From the NCBI GenBank assembly GCA_965214405.1, contig OZ243956.1, positions 1,696,001 to 1,760,000 of the forward strand: DNA of 64,000 nucleotides. Direction: 5' to 3'. Each line of letters begins with the position of its first letter. Positions within the stretch are counted from its first letter, which is position 1. The translations under genes and the position numbers were made by a program. Shown one piece after another: positions 20,044 through 32,379 of this stretch. This stretch comes from Trueperaceae bacterium. Its GTDB lineage: Bacteria; Deinococcota; Deinococci; Deinococcales; Trueperaceae. The notes beneath the pieces were generated by a model. That model made no database searches and had not been told where the DNA came from. It saw only the letters and a list, made by a program, of their open reading frames with translations.

Positions 20044-21546
20044 TTAGGAAAGCTCGAGCACAAGCGCCGTAAACGAATGGGGCTCGAGCCTAGTCATAAA
20101 ACGCTTGCCTTCTGTTTGGACAGTTGCTTCTGTTGTACCGACTTGATTGGGCGCGTCAAAGGTGTTGGTGGCCTTGATGTCGGGGCCGTTGACGACGTAA
20201 GCCTTGCCCGAGCCTGTGAAAGAGCCCAATTGCAGCTCGAGCCCCACCTCCTGCTCCTCTAACGAGCGGTTGACCAGGTAGACCGACAGTCTTCTGTCTT
20301 TAATCGTGGCTGACACGTCGAGCGTGCGCAAGCCCGTAAAGCCCGCCGCCGAAAAGGTGTCGCCCTCCCAATGCACGTCCAAAGCGGCGTCGCCGCAGGT
20401 TTTGCGGTAGACCTCGAACGGATAAAAGGTCGTTTGTAAAACTAGTCCACCGGGCCGCGTCACAATGGGGGCAATGACGTTGACGATTTGCGCGATGTTC
20501 GCCATCTTCACGTGACGAGCGTGGCGAATAAAGGCGTTGAAGTGCATGGCGACCACTAAAGCGTCTTCTAAGTTGTAGACCTCTTCCAGTTTCTCGTCGT
20601 TACCCGTGCGGTACCAGACGTTCCATTCGTCCACAGCGATGGGGATGTCTCTCGTAAGCTTAAGCTGCGAACGCATCGCCCGGATGATGCCTTCGGTGGC
20701 GCTCAAGTAGTCTTCTAAGCGTTCAGATATCGCCATATAGCTTGCAAAGTCGTCATCTGCAAAGCCGCGTTTGGCGTCGTTCCCGACGTACCAGTGAATC
20801 GCCATATAATCGAGCAGCGGCGGCGCGACGTTTTTGAAATACTGAGTCTGTTCCATGAGGAGCTGGATCCGCTCGATCCAGTCGCCTTGCCACAAAGACA
20901 CCGCCGCCGCGAACAGCTTGATGCTGGGGTCGGTCCACTTCATCACCTTGGCGTATTCGGCGTAGGTTCTGGCATACTCCTCAGGCGTCTTCATGCCGAT
21001 TTGCCAGGGGCCGTCGACTTCGTTGCCAATACCCCAGTACGGGATGTTGTGCGGCTGCTCATAACCGTGCTCTTTACGCAGCTTAACTAAACGGGTGTCC
21101 TTGGTGCCGTTGCAATACTCGAGCCAATCTCTCGCCTCGCGCATGTTCCCGTCCCCGGCGTTCACCGCAAAATAGGGCTCGGTCCCCAGTTTGCGGCAGA
21201 AGTTCACAAACTCGTTCGTGCCAAAGGTGTTGGGCTCCACGTCATGCCAGGCCAAGTCCATGCGGGCTTTGCGTTCTTCTTTGGGTCCAACCCCGTCGCG
21301 CCAGCGGTAGCCCGAGACGAAGTTGCCGCCGGGGTAGCGTATGACTGGCAGCTCGAGGCGTTTCAAGGCCGCCAGCACGTCCTGACGCAGTCCGTCTTCT
21401 CCGGCGTGGGGTGAATCAGGTTCATAGATGCCGCCGTAGATACAGCGGCCCAAGTGCTCGGCAAAACCACCAAAGATGTTGGGGTCAATGGGAGCCAAGG
21501 TGCGCTCAACGTCGATTTTAACCGTGGTTGTCAAAACGTCCTCCAT
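20044..21546 (-). CDS. abfA: Alpha-L-arabinofuranosidase, GH51
   Basis: 'FAEHLGRCIYGGIY', 'RYPGGNFVSGYRWRDGVGP', catalytic 'GNE' and 'DEWNVW', 'ANIAQIVNVI'. Confidence 0.92.
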   Translation of the reverse strand: MEDVLTTTVKIDVERTLAPIDPNIFGGFAEHLGRCIYGGIYEPDSPHAGEDGLRQDVLAALKRLELPVIRYPGGNFVSGYRWRDGVGPKEERKARMDLAWHDVEPNTFGTNEFVNFCRKLGTEPYFAVNAGDGNMREARDWLEYCNGTKDTRLVKLRKEHGYEQPHNIPYWGIGNEVDGPWQIGMKTPEEYARTYAEYAKVMKWTDPSIKLFAAAVSLWQGDWIERIQLLMEQTQYFKNVAPPLLDYMAIHWYVGNDAKRGFADDDFASYMAISERLEDYLSATEGIIRAMRSQLKLTRDIPIAVDEWNVWYRTGNDEKLEEVYNLEDALVVAMHFNAFIRHARHVKMANIAQIVNVIAPIVTRPGGLVLQTTFYPFEVYRKTCGDAALDVHWEGDTFSAAGFTGLRTLDVSATIKDRRLSVYLVNRSLEEQEVGLELQLGSFTGSGKAYVVNGPDIKATNTFDAPNQVGTTEATVQTEGKRFMTRLEPHSFTALVLELS

Positions 21547-21555
21547 AAGCCGAAT

Positions 21556-22565
21556 TCAAGGGTTTATCGTGGGCGCGGGTTGCGGCGTGGAGCTTGGTCC
21601 CTTACCTTCATTGATGACGGGCCAGCCGTCCACCCAGGTGATACGCTCGAGCAGCGCCGGGCGGTGGTTGACGCCGTTGGGCAGCCGGGGTTCGGCAAGC
21701 GGAATGGCGTGGTAGACGAGCCAGTCCACCCCCGCGTCGTCGCGGATGACGCTGTTGTGGCCCGGCCCGACGAACACGTCGTTGCGGGCCAAGATGACGT
21801 CTCCGCCGCCCGAACGCAAGTCACGCCCTTGCGAATCCAGATAAGGACCCGTCAGCGTTTGCGACCGCCCCACGTAAACCTGATAGGTGCTGTCGGCACC
21901 CTCGCAACACGAACCGCCTGACAAGAACAGATAGTACGCGCCGTCGTGGGGATAAATATACGCGCCCTCGAAGCGGTCGTCGGCCAGTCTGACCTTTTCG
22001 CCTCGGACCTCCGTACCGTCAGCGCTGAGCGTTGCCGCGTAGATGCCGTGAAAGCTGCCCCACACGAGCGTGCGCGCCGCGCCATCGTCCCACACAAAGG
22101 GGTCAATCGAGTTGGCAACACCGACGTCATTAGAGCAGAACACGGCGCGCCCCAAGTCGGTCCAGGGTCCTTCGGGCTCTTCCGCCGTGGCGAGCGCGAT
22201 GCAGGGGTTGGGGTCGCCCCAGAGCGAATAGGCGTAGTAGAGGTAATAAAGACCCTCGTAGTAAGAAATATCCGGTGCCCAGGTGAAACCGCCGCTTTCT
22301 TTCCAGTTAGGTGGCACGACGAACACGTCTTTGAGGTAGGTCCAGGTGACCAAGTCGTCGGACGTGAAAATGGGTAGATAATGACTTCCTTGCCCGTCGC
22401 CCCAATCGTCTTGGGTCGCGTAAAGATAAAAGCTCCCGTCCGGCGCGCGGATGATGCTCGGGTCGGCGGCGACGGGCGTGACGATGGGGTTGGTGTAGGT
22501 CGCGGTAGGAATTTGGGCCGCCCCGAACGTGCCAAGCACCCAGAAACACAAAACGAACAATCTTT

Positions 22566-22569
<4 letters not shown>
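21556..22569 (-). CDS. Secreted GH43 glycoside hydrolase (arabinanase/xylosidase-type)
   Basis: Signal peptide; 'ADPSII', 'WAPDI', 'SIDPF', 'FEGAYI', 'GSCC', 'GPGHNS'. Confidence 0.9.
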
Positions 22570-24809
<2,240 letters not shown>

Positions 24810-24819
24810 GCTTCTAGCC

Positions 24820-25707
24820 TCATCCTTTAATGCCCGCCGTCGCCATGATGCCCTCGGTGACCTGCCGCTGGAATACGAGGTAGGCCACCGCCACCGGCAA
24901 CCCGGCCAAGACCGCCACCGCCATCGTCCGGGCGTACTGCACCCCAAAGGCGTCATTCACCTGGGTAATGCCCACCGGAATCGTCATCATGTCGGACGAC
25001 GTGGTGATAATAAAAGGCCAAAAAAAGGCGTTCCAGGCGCCGATAAAGGTCACGATCGCCAGCGCGATGGTGATGCCCCAGTTGATGGGCAAATACACGT
25101 TAAACAAGATGCGCGCCTCGTTCGCGCCGTCGATGACCGCCGAGTCGCGCAGCTCGCGCGGCACCGCGTCGAAAAATTGCTTGTAGATGATGATGACCAC
25201 GGGCGCAATAAGCTGCGGCAGGATGATGCCCTGGTAGGAGTTAATCGAGTTGAGGTCGTTCATGAGGATAAAGAGCGGCACGATGAGCGCCTGGCCGGGA
25301 ATCATAAAACCGGCCAGCAGAACCCAAAAGAGGAGGTTTTTGCCGGGGAACGAGAGCTGCGAGATGGCGTAGGCGCAGAGCATACAGAGCAGCACCACGA
25401 AAAATGTGATCACGACGGCCGTGAGGATGCTGTTGAAGTACCACCTCAACAGCCCGCTTTCAGTCAGCACGCGTCCGTAAGCGGCAAAGCTGACGGGGAG
25501 GGGCAGCCAGCTCGGCGGGTTGGCGAGCACGTCTTGCTCGCGCTTTAGCGAGGTGATGACCGCCCAGTAGAGCGGAAAAGCCCAAATGGCGGCCATCACC
25601 AGGGTGAAAAGCGTGCCGATGAGGCCGGGCACGTTGGGGCGGCGCGGCGTGGTGCGGGCTCGAGCCACTTCCTGGGTGCGGCTTGCGCTGGTGACCGAGC
25701 GGCTCAT
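24820..25707 (-). CDS. Carbohydrate ABC transporter permease (MalG-like)
   Basis: EAA loop 'PRELRDSAVIDGA', 'WNAFFWP'. Confidence 0.92.
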   Translation of the reverse strand: MSRSVTSASRTQEVARARTTPRRPNVPGLIGTLFTLVMAAIWAFPLYWAVITSLKREQDVLANPPSWLPLPVSFAAYGRVLTESGLLRWYFNSILTAVVITFFVVLLCMLCAYAISQLSFPGKNLLFWVLLAGFMIPGQALIVPLFILMNDLNSINSYQGIILPQLIAPVVIIIYKQFFDAVPRELRDSAVIDGANEARILFNVYLPINWGITIALAIVTFIGAWNAFFWPFIITTSSDMMTIPVGITQVNDAFGVQYARTMAVAVLAGLPVAVAYLVFQRQVTEGIMATAGIKG

Positions 25708-26603
25708 TTCGCCCCGCCTATCCGCAAGAAACGGTACTGCAACAGCGACGCCACCAAAATAATGACAAAGAGCGCCATCGCAATCGTCGAAGAATAGCCG
25801 CCGTCAAAGCGCTGAAACGCCTCGCGGTACATGTACTGCAAGGTGACGATGGTCGAGTTGAAAGGCCCCCCGCCGGTCAGCAGATAAACCTGGTCGAAAA
25901 TCTTGAGCTGCGCGATGAGTTGCAGCGTCAAGACGAGCGCGGTGATGGGCCACAGCAGGGGCCAGGTGACGTAGCGAAAGATTTGCGTGCCGGTCGCCCC
26001 GTCGAGCGAGGCGGCTTCATAATACTCTTTCGAGATTCCCTGCAACCCGGCGATAAAGAGCAGCATGTTAAACCCAACCGTCCACCACACCGTGATAAAG
26101 GCGACGCTCGGCATCGCCCAGTTACGGTCCGTAAAGACGGCCAAGTTCTCACCCGTGAGCGCCACGAAAATGGGCTGGAGGATACCGAACTGCGTGTTCA
26201 AAAGCCACTGCCAGATGAGCGTGACGACGCTGACGGGCAGCATGTAGGGCAAAAAGAACGCGGCCAGCACGACGCTCTTGAGCCTTTTTAGGCGCACCAC
26301 CATGAGCGCGAAAAGGAGGCCCAGCGCGGTATTGGGGATGACGGTCAGGAGCACGAAATAAAAGGTGTTTCTTAACGACTTCCAAAAGAGCGCGTCGCCG
26401 AAAAGCTCGCGGTAGTTTTCGAAGCCTATAAAGCTGCCTTCGCCGATGAGCGGCGCGTCGGTAAAAGAGAGCTGCACGACGCGAAACGTCGGATAGATAA
26501 AAAAGACAAGATAGAGCAAAACGAAGGGGCTGACGAGTAAAAAGGCGTCGCGCCACATCCGCCGCTTGCGCTTAGTCAACCTGCGCGTTCGCGCCACTGC
26601 CAT
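25704..26603 (-). CDS. Carbohydrate ABC transporter permease (MalF-like)
   Basis: 'AGLQGISKEYYEAASLDGA', 'FDQVYLLTGGGP'; GGAGG RBS before ATG 26603. Confidence 0.92.
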   Translation of the reverse strand: MAVARTRRLTKRKRRMWRDAFLLVSPFVLLYLVFFIYPTFRVVQLSFTDAPLIGEGSFIGFENYRELFGDALFWKSLRNTFYFVLLTVIPNTALGLLFALMVVRLKRLKSVVLAAFFLPYMLPVSVVTLIWQWLLNTQFGILQPIFVALTGENLAVFTDRNWAMPSVAFITVWWTVGFNMLLFIAGLQGISKEYYEAASLDGATGTQIFRYVTWPLLWPITALVLTLQLIAQLKIFDQVYLLTGGGPFNSTIVTLQYMYREAFQRFDGGYSSTIAMALFVIILVASLLQYRFLRIGGAK

Positions 26604-26683
26604 AACGCCTCCCATCTGAATCGTTTTTATGAACTGCTCAAAACCGCCCCGCGCCAGTGTCGGCGCGGGGCAAAGGGTATGTG

Positions 26684-27946
26684 TCAGCGCATCTGCGACT
26701 GAAGGTCATCGGCAAACATCTGCAGCGCCTCCTCGGCGGAGAGCTGGCCGTTGACCGACGGTTCTATAAAATTGCCGACCGCGTCGTAAAGGGGCGAGCC
26801 AACGCCCGCCGCAGGGGAACGCGGATCGAACACCGTGCTGTTGGCTAAAATTGCGTAGGTCGCGTTGGGTTCCATCTCTTGGTACTCGGCACTGTCGGTG
26901 ACCGGCACGTAGGCGGGGATGTGCCCGGCGGTCGCCCACATGATGCTGTTTTTGTTCATCCAGGCGATGACTTGCATGACCGCGGCGACTTTTTCGTCGC
27001 TGACGGGGTTGCTCGCCGAGGCGGGAATCGCAAAGGTGTGCGCGTCAGCCCAGGTGGCGGGGTTGTCGAAAAGGACGGGAATGGCAATCGCGCCCCAGTC
27101 GAACAGGTTGCCTGAAGCGGCCAAGTCCACCATCGTCGGCACTTCCCACACGCCGTTGATCATGAACGCCGCCTCGCCGCTCGTAAAGAGCGCGACCGAG
27201 GAGCCGTATTCGACGTCCTTGGTGGCGTAGCCGTTGTCGATCCAGTCTTTCATCGTCTGGAGAGCGGTTTGCGCTTGCTCGCCCACATTGACCTCACCGT
27301 CCGCAATCAGGGCCGGAACGCCCTCTTGCTGGTTGAGGAGGGTGTAGAAAATGCGGAAAACCGTGCCCGCGTCAGCCGAGCTGGCAAACGACAGGGGCAG
27401 GTGGCCCGCCTCGGCTATTTTTTGCAGGGCCGCGTTAAAGTTCTCGAGCCCAGTAAGGTCCGTCGGCAAGCCGTCATCCCCGATCAGTCCGACCTCGCTC
27501 AAAATGTCTTTGTTGTAATAGAGAACAACAGAGTGAACATCGAAGGGAACGCCGTAAAGCTGACCGTCGATGGTCGCGGCGTCGATAAGCCCGGCCTGGT
27601 ACTCGTTTTTGGAGAGTCCTGCCGCCGTAAGTTCATCGTCGCTGATGGGGCGCATCACGCCCTGCTCCACGCCCAGCGGGTAACGCGACATGTGATACGT
27701 CATGATGTCGGGCTGCTCACCCACCGCCGCCGAGGTTTGAACTTTGGTGTAGAAGGGGACGCCCCACTCTAAGGTGGTCGCGTTAATCTGAATGTCGGGA
27801 TGCGTGCTGTTAAACTCGTCAATCATCGCCTTCATGCGGACGCCGTCGCCGCCGGAGAGAAAGTCCCACCAGACGACCTCCGTTTGCGCCAGCGCCGCGC
27901 TCAGGAGGGTGAATAAAACCGTTAAGCCCAGAAGTTTCTTTAACAT
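26684..27946 (-). CDS. Carbohydrate ABC transporter substrate-binding protein
   Basis: Signal peptide, 'GQLYGVPFD', 'LYYNKD', 'FTSGEAAFMINGVW'; AAGGAG RBS. Confidence 0.92.
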   Translation of the reverse strand: MLKKLLGLTVLFTLLSAALAQTEVVWWDFLSGGDGVRMKAMIDEFNSTHPDIQINATTLEWGVPFYTKVQTSAAVGEQPDIMTYHMSRYPLGVEQGVMRPISDDELTAAGLSKNEYQAGLIDAATIDGQLYGVPFDVHSVVLYYNKDILSEVGLIGDDGLPTDLTGLENFNAALQKIAEAGHLPLSFASSADAGTVFRIFYTLLNQQEGVPALIADGEVNVGEQAQTALQTMKDWIDNGYATKDVEYGSSVALFTSGEAAFMINGVWEVPTMVDLAASGNLFDWGAIAIPVLFDNPATWADAHTFAIPASASNPVSDEKVAAVMQVIAWMNKNSIMWATAGHIPAYVPVTDSAEYQEMEPNATYAILANSTVFDPRSPAAGVGSPLYDAVGNFIEPSVNGQLSAEEALQMFADDLQSQMR

Positions 27947-28048
27947 GGATGCTCCTTATTACTCATATGACTGCTATTTAGTGCCTACTCGCGCGGACCG
28001 TTTGCGACCTACCTTTTACTTCTTGTGGGTTACGTCACCGCTGGCACC

Positions 28049-29803
28049 TCACCCCCTCCCCTGTGTGGCTTTAGCGAGCGCGCCTAAATCCACCTTGGGA
28101 CGGCGGTCCGAATACAACAGACCGTTCTGCTCCTGAAAGGTGTCCGCAAACTGCGTGTAACAAAAGCCCGCCAAGCCGGGGCCGGACACGGCGCGAATCA
28201 TCGCGGCGTAGAGCGCTAGCAGCGCCTCCGCATTCTCGACTTGCTGATAGCCCCAGCCCTCTTCGGTTTCGGGATTGAAGCGAATACCGCCGAATTCGGA
28301 CAAGAGTTTGGGTTCGCCTCCCGCCTGAGCACCCGGCAAAATCGTGAGGCGCTTGTGCTCGAGCCAAGTGTGAACCGTCTTTTCGCTCCTCTCGGGTGTG
28401 CCGTAGCGCTCCCCCAACGTGGCCGGGGCGCGGGTGTAGTCGTGGACGGTGAGCAGGTCGGTCACCACGTGCTCCCAGCCGTCGTTGCCGATGACGGGGC
28501 GGCTCGGATCGAGCGCCTTGGTGAGCCCATAAAGCCCCGCGACGAGGTGCCTTTGCGCCTCAGACGCAGGCAGGTCGGGCACGCCCCAGGACTCGTTAAA
28601 GCAAACCCAGGCGACGATGCAGGGGTGATTGTGGTCGCGGTTTATCACCTCGAGCCACTCCCGCGTCAACCGCTCCACCGTGTCGGAGCCAAAGGCGTAG
28701 GCGCTCGGCAACTCTTCCCAGACGAGCAAGCCCAGCTTGTCCGCCCAGGTAAGGTAGCGCGGGTCCTCTATTTTTTGATGCTTACGCACCCCGTTAAAGC
28801 CCATCGCCTTGGCGAGTTCGACGTCCTTACGAAGCGCGTCGCCGTTCGGGGCGGCCAGCAAGCTCTCGTCCCAATAGCCCTGGTCGAGCGCCAAGCGCAA
28901 AAAGTAGGGGCGACCGTTGAGGTGAAACGCGCCGTTTCGAGCCTCGACGGTGCGCAGCGCGGTGTAGCTTTCGACCTGGTCGAGCCTTCTTTCTCCCTCC
29001 AGCAGGTCGATAGTTACTCCAATCAAGTTTGGGGTTTCGGGCGTCCATAGGTAAGATTTGCGCGCGCTGTCGATGCCCGGGTCGGGGAAATGGACGAAAC
29101 GTTTGACCTGCGTTCCCCTCAGCCTTAGCAAGTCCTCAGCGAGAATCTCTTCTTTCCCGTTACCGTCTTCCCGATAAAAGGTCAGCTCGAGATTCAACTC
29201 TTTTCCTGGACGCGACACCTCAACCTCGACGAGGACGCCGAAAGAATCAAGGTCGGGCGTAAAGCGCACCCGCGTGATATGGGTGGGGGGGACGGGCTCG
29301 AGCCAGACGGGCTGCCAGATGCCGGTCGTGCGCGGGTACCAAATGCCGTGCGGCTCCCTTTCCCAATCTTGTTTGCCGCGCGGCTTGTGCATGTCGAGCG
29401 GGTCGTCCTCGGCGCGCACCACCACGACCTGCTCCCCCGGCGAGAGTACGTCCGTGATATCGGCAGAAAAAGGTGTGTGCCCCCCTTCATGACTCACCAC
29501 CAGCGACCCGTTCACCCACACGCGCGCCGCGTAATCGACCGCGCCAAAATGGAGGATGATGCGCTCTTTGCGCCAGTCCTCCGGGACGTCAAACGTGCGG
29601 CGATACCAGATGACAGGATGAAACGAGCCGTCGTTCACCCCCGAAAGCGAGGATTCGGGTGGATAGGGCACGCGGATGTCGCCTTCCCACGCAACGTCGC
29701 TTGCGCGCTCCGCTTCGCTAAAGGCGTAGTCCCAAAGGCCGTCTAAGCTCTCCCATTGAGAACGCACGTACTGAGGTCGTGGATAATCCGCCACCCGTTT
29801 CAC
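28049..29803 (-). CDS. Cytoplasmic GH2 glycoside hydrolase
   Basis: 'YPRPQYVR..W', 'LHFGAVDY', 'LDQGYW', 'RKHQKIEDP', 'FNESWG', 'SEFGG'. No signal peptide; start GTG approximate. Confidence 0.9.
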   Translation of the reverse strand: MKRVADYPRPQYVRSQWESLDGLWDYAFSEAERASDVAWEGDIRVPYPPESSLSGVNDGSFHPVIWYRRTFDVPEDWRKERIILHFGAVDYAARVWVNGSLVVSHEGGHTPFSADITDVLSPGEQVVVVRAEDDPLDMHKPRGKQDWEREPHGIWYPRTTGIWQPVWLEPVPPTHITRVRFTPDLDSFGVLVEVEVSRPGKELNLELTFYREDGNGKEEILAEDLLRLRGTQVKRFVHFPDPGIDSARKSYLWTPETPNLIGVTIDLLEGERRLDQVESYTALRTVEARNGAFHLNGRPYFLRLALDQGYWDESLLAAPNGDALRKDVELAKAMGFNGVRKHQKIEDPRYLTWADKLGLLVWEELPSAYAFGSDTVERLTREWLEVINRDHNHPCIVAWVCFNESWGVPDLPASEAQRHLVAGLYGLTKALDPSRPVIGNDGWEHVVTDLLTVHDYTRAPATLGERYGTPERSEKTVHTWLEHKRLTILPGAQAGGEPKLLSEFGGIRFNPETEEGWGYQQVENAEALLALYAAMIRAVSGPGLAGFCYTQFADTFQEQNGLLYSDRRPKVDLGALAKATQGRG

Positions 29804-29919
29804 CCCTTTCACCTGACCTGATATTCTGGCCCCTATTGAGGTTTTGCTCGAGACGCCCCCCAAGAAACACTTTCGTAGAGCCTCCCGCACAAAACGTATT
29901 GACCAACCGATTATCTTAC

Positions 29920-29948
29920 AAATTACTACGGTTAAGTCGTTAAGTCAA
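29920..29948 (-). promoter_or_regulatory. Promoter of the glycan operon with an overlapping 8-bp direct repeat
   Basis: Minus strand TTGACT-17 nt-TAATTT; GTTAAGTC x2 at 29931-29946 overlaps the -35 box and spacer. Confidence 0.55.
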
Positions 29949-30041
29949 GGCGGGTGGGCAGAAAAGAATCACCTCAGGTAAGAGTACAGCTCGCTCGAGG
30001 CGTTGCTCCTGGATTGGTTCAGAATTTGCTAAAGTAGAACG

Positions 30042-31034
30042 GTGGATGACGCTAAAGTGGGTGATAAAGATGCCAATGCTGTGTTGGGTAAGCTTGGAGG
30101 ACGTTTTCAGGACCGGATCATCGAACTTGCGCTCGAGTCCGGAAGGCGCGACACCCTGGACAAGTTCAAGGCGCTGGCGTCGGAGCCGCGGCTTAAGATT
30201 CTCGAGCATCTGGCGCATCATCTTTGCAACTTAACCGAGTTGTCCGCGGCGCTCGAGATGAACTTAGCAACCGTCACCATGCACGTCAACATTTTGGAGC
30301 GCGCGGGGCTCGTTGTCTGCGAGCATCGGCCCGGCGAAAGGGGGACGCAGCGCGTCTGCGGCTGCTTGTTCGATTGGCTCAACTTGCACATGGTGCGGCG
30401 GCGGGAGGAGGTGGGGCGGGTGCTCGAGCTGCCCATCCGCGTCGGCGCCTACACCGACGTTCAGGTCACGCCCACCTGCGGGCTGGCGAGTGAGGGAGGG
30501 CTTATCGGCTTTCTGGACGATCCCGCGTCCTTTTATGAAGCAGGACGTTTCGAGGCGGAGTTACTCTGGTTTCACAGTGGTTACGTCGCGTACCGCCTGC
30601 CCAACCGGTTGCCGCCCGGCGCGCTCATAGAAAGTCTTTCCTTGAGTTTTGAAAGCTGCTCGGAAGCGCCCATGCACCGCCTCGACTGGCCCTCGGACAT
30701 CAGCGTGTGGATTAACGGCGTTGAACTCGGCACCTGGACGAGCCCCGCGGACTTCGGCGGCGTGCGGGGTCGGCTCACGCCCGCGTGGCAGTGGGAGGCC
30801 GACTCTCAGTACGGCTTGCTCAAAGTCTGGCAGGTCACGGCTAACGAGAGCCGGGTGGACGGCCTCAAGGTATCGGACGTGACGCTAGACGACCTCAATC
30901 TCTACAGTGCTCCTTATACAGAAGTCCGTATCGGGGTTAAAGGAGACGCGCGGAACGTGGGCGGCGTCAACTTGTTCGGCGCGAAGTTCGGCAACTATCC
31001 GCAAGATATCTTGCTGCGGATGCGCTACCACTAA
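30042..31034 (+). CDS. ArsR-family HTH transcriptional regulator with large C-terminal domain, divergent from the sugar operon
   Basis: 'FKALASEPRLKILEHL..LTELSAALEMNLATVTMHVNILERAGLV'; C-terminal 'PTCGLAS', 'WPSDI', 'FGNYPQDI'. Confidence 0.85.
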   Translation: MDDAKVGDKDANAVLGKLGGRFQDRIIELALESGRRDTLDKFKALASEPRLKILEHLAHHLCNLTELSAALEMNLATVTMHVNILERAGLVVCEHRPGERGTQRVCGCLFDWLNLHMVRRREEVGRVLELPIRVGAYTDVQVTPTCGLASEGGLIGFLDDPASFYEAGRFEAELLWFHSGYVAYRLPNRLPPGALIESLSLSFESCSEAPMHRLDWPSDISVWINGVELGTWTSPADFGGVRGRLTPAWQWEADSQYGLLKVWQVTANESRVDGLKVSDVTLDDLNLYSAPYTEVRIGVKGDARNVGGVNLFGAKFGNYPQDILLRMRYH

Positions 31035-31152
31035 AATCTGTTGAGTTTACAGTCCAATAACCGTGCTGGCTGAAAGAAACAAAGATTAGGCATCGAGGGA
31101 ACGTGTTCAGCGTGAAAAGAACTCGATAAGGGGCGTAAGGTGCTATAATCGA

Positions 31153-31911
31153 ATGGTGTCTACAATCCGCTCCCGGAAGAGGTACGTGCAGAAATACCTA
31201 TGCGGCTTAGGCGTCCTCGCATGTTTCTTCGTGTTTACGCCGTTTAGCACGGCGCTGGCGCAGGATGGCAGAGCCGAGGAACTCTTCAAGGCCGCGCAGG
31301 AACATTTGCGGGTGGGCGAGGTGACGACGGTCGACCAACTCCTCTTTACCACCCTACTTAACCCGGACGGCACCACGCTTTACGAGGCGAGAACGCACTT
31401 AGTGGCCGACCTCGTGGGCGGGCGGTTGCTAGAAGAGAGCTACTTCACCGACGAACCCATCCGCGTGTACTATCAAAACGGCGAGGCGACGGTGACCTTC
31501 GTGGAGACGGGCTCGAGCATGACCCTGCCCCCGCCCGAAGCCGAACGGTTGCGGCACCTTTTCAACCAACCGCAGAGCTTCTTTTCACCCGACACCACCA
31601 TGCTGCGCCACAACGGTCGCAAGTCGTACGCGGGCCTCGTCGAGGGGGAGGAATTAGAAATAGAAACGCCCTACCGCAAGGTGCGGCTGCTGCTGGGCCA
31701 AGACGGGTCTTTACAGGGCGTCGTCAGCGAGGAGCCGGGCCTCGGGCCGACGCTGCTGGTGCCGGGCAAAACCGTCGACGTCGAGGGTTTCCCGATGTTT
31801 ATTAAATACGGCATTTATGAGCTCGAGGGCGACCAGGCTATTCTTATTAAAGAGGTGCGCGTCGAAAATATTGTCGTCAACGCGCCGCTCGACGAGACGC
31901 TTTTCAGGTAG
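31153..31911 (+). CDS. Hypothetical exported protein (LolA-like fold suspected)
   Basis: Signal peptide ending ALA-Q; beta-rich; C-terminal 'VNAPLDETLF' resembles LolA-like proteins. True start may be GTG 31186. Confidence 0.6.
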   Translation: MVSTIRSRKRYVQKYLCGLGVLACFFVFTPFSTALAQDGRAEELFKAAQEHLRVGEVTTVDQLLFTTLLNPDGTTLYEARTHLVADLVGGRLLEESYFTDEPIRVYYQNGEATVTFVETGSSMTLPPPEAERLRHLFNQPQSFFSPDTTMLRHNGRKSYAGLVEGEELEIETPYRKVRLLLGQDGSLQGVVSEEPGLGPTLLVPGKTVDVEGFPMFIKYGIYELEGDQAILIKEVRVENIVVNAPLDETLFR

Positions 31912-31946
31912 AGAGAAAGCAATTTTTCAGGTAGAGAGAAAGCAAT
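31901..31946 (+). repeat. 23-bp perfect tandem duplication spanning a stop codon and the next start
   Basis: TTTTCAGGTAGAGAGAAAGCAAT x2. Confidence 0.95.
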
Positions 31947-32275
31947 GAGGAAGTATCGTCAATTCCAAGATGTGCTCATTGACGACCTGCGCGACGATCC
32001 AGAACAGGCTTACGCCTATTTACAGGTAGCCTTGGAAGAGTTTGGTCAGGACGGTGATACCGAGCACTTGACGCTGGCCCTGCGAAATGTTACCGAAGCG
32101 CGCGGCGGAGTCCCCGAGCTGGCGCGTCAGGTCGACATGGGAAAAACAAGTCTGTACAAAGCGCTATCTGAAAAGGGAAGTTCAACTCTTAGCGCCGTAG
32201 GACCCTTTTGCATGGATTTATTTGCATGGACTTGACTACCGGCTGGCGATAGCCCCGGCTGAGCCACACCGCTAA
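31945..32275 (+). pseudogene. Addiction-module antidote (HI1420-like HTH antitoxin) with frameshifted C-terminus; no cognate toxin
   Basis: 'AYLQVALEE..LALRNVTEARGGVPELARQVDMGKTSLYKALSEKG'. The expected tail LHGLDYRLAIAP lies in another frame, after a TTTGCATGGA duplication near 32207-32230. Confidence 0.7.
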
Positions 32276-32379
32276 ATGTAAGGACAGGAAGAAAGGAAAA
32301 GTTTCAGTGTAACGCAGCGAGACTAAAAGAACCCGACGCTTAGCTGGACTTTCGGCTTCGTAAATGGGAACATTGAGCG

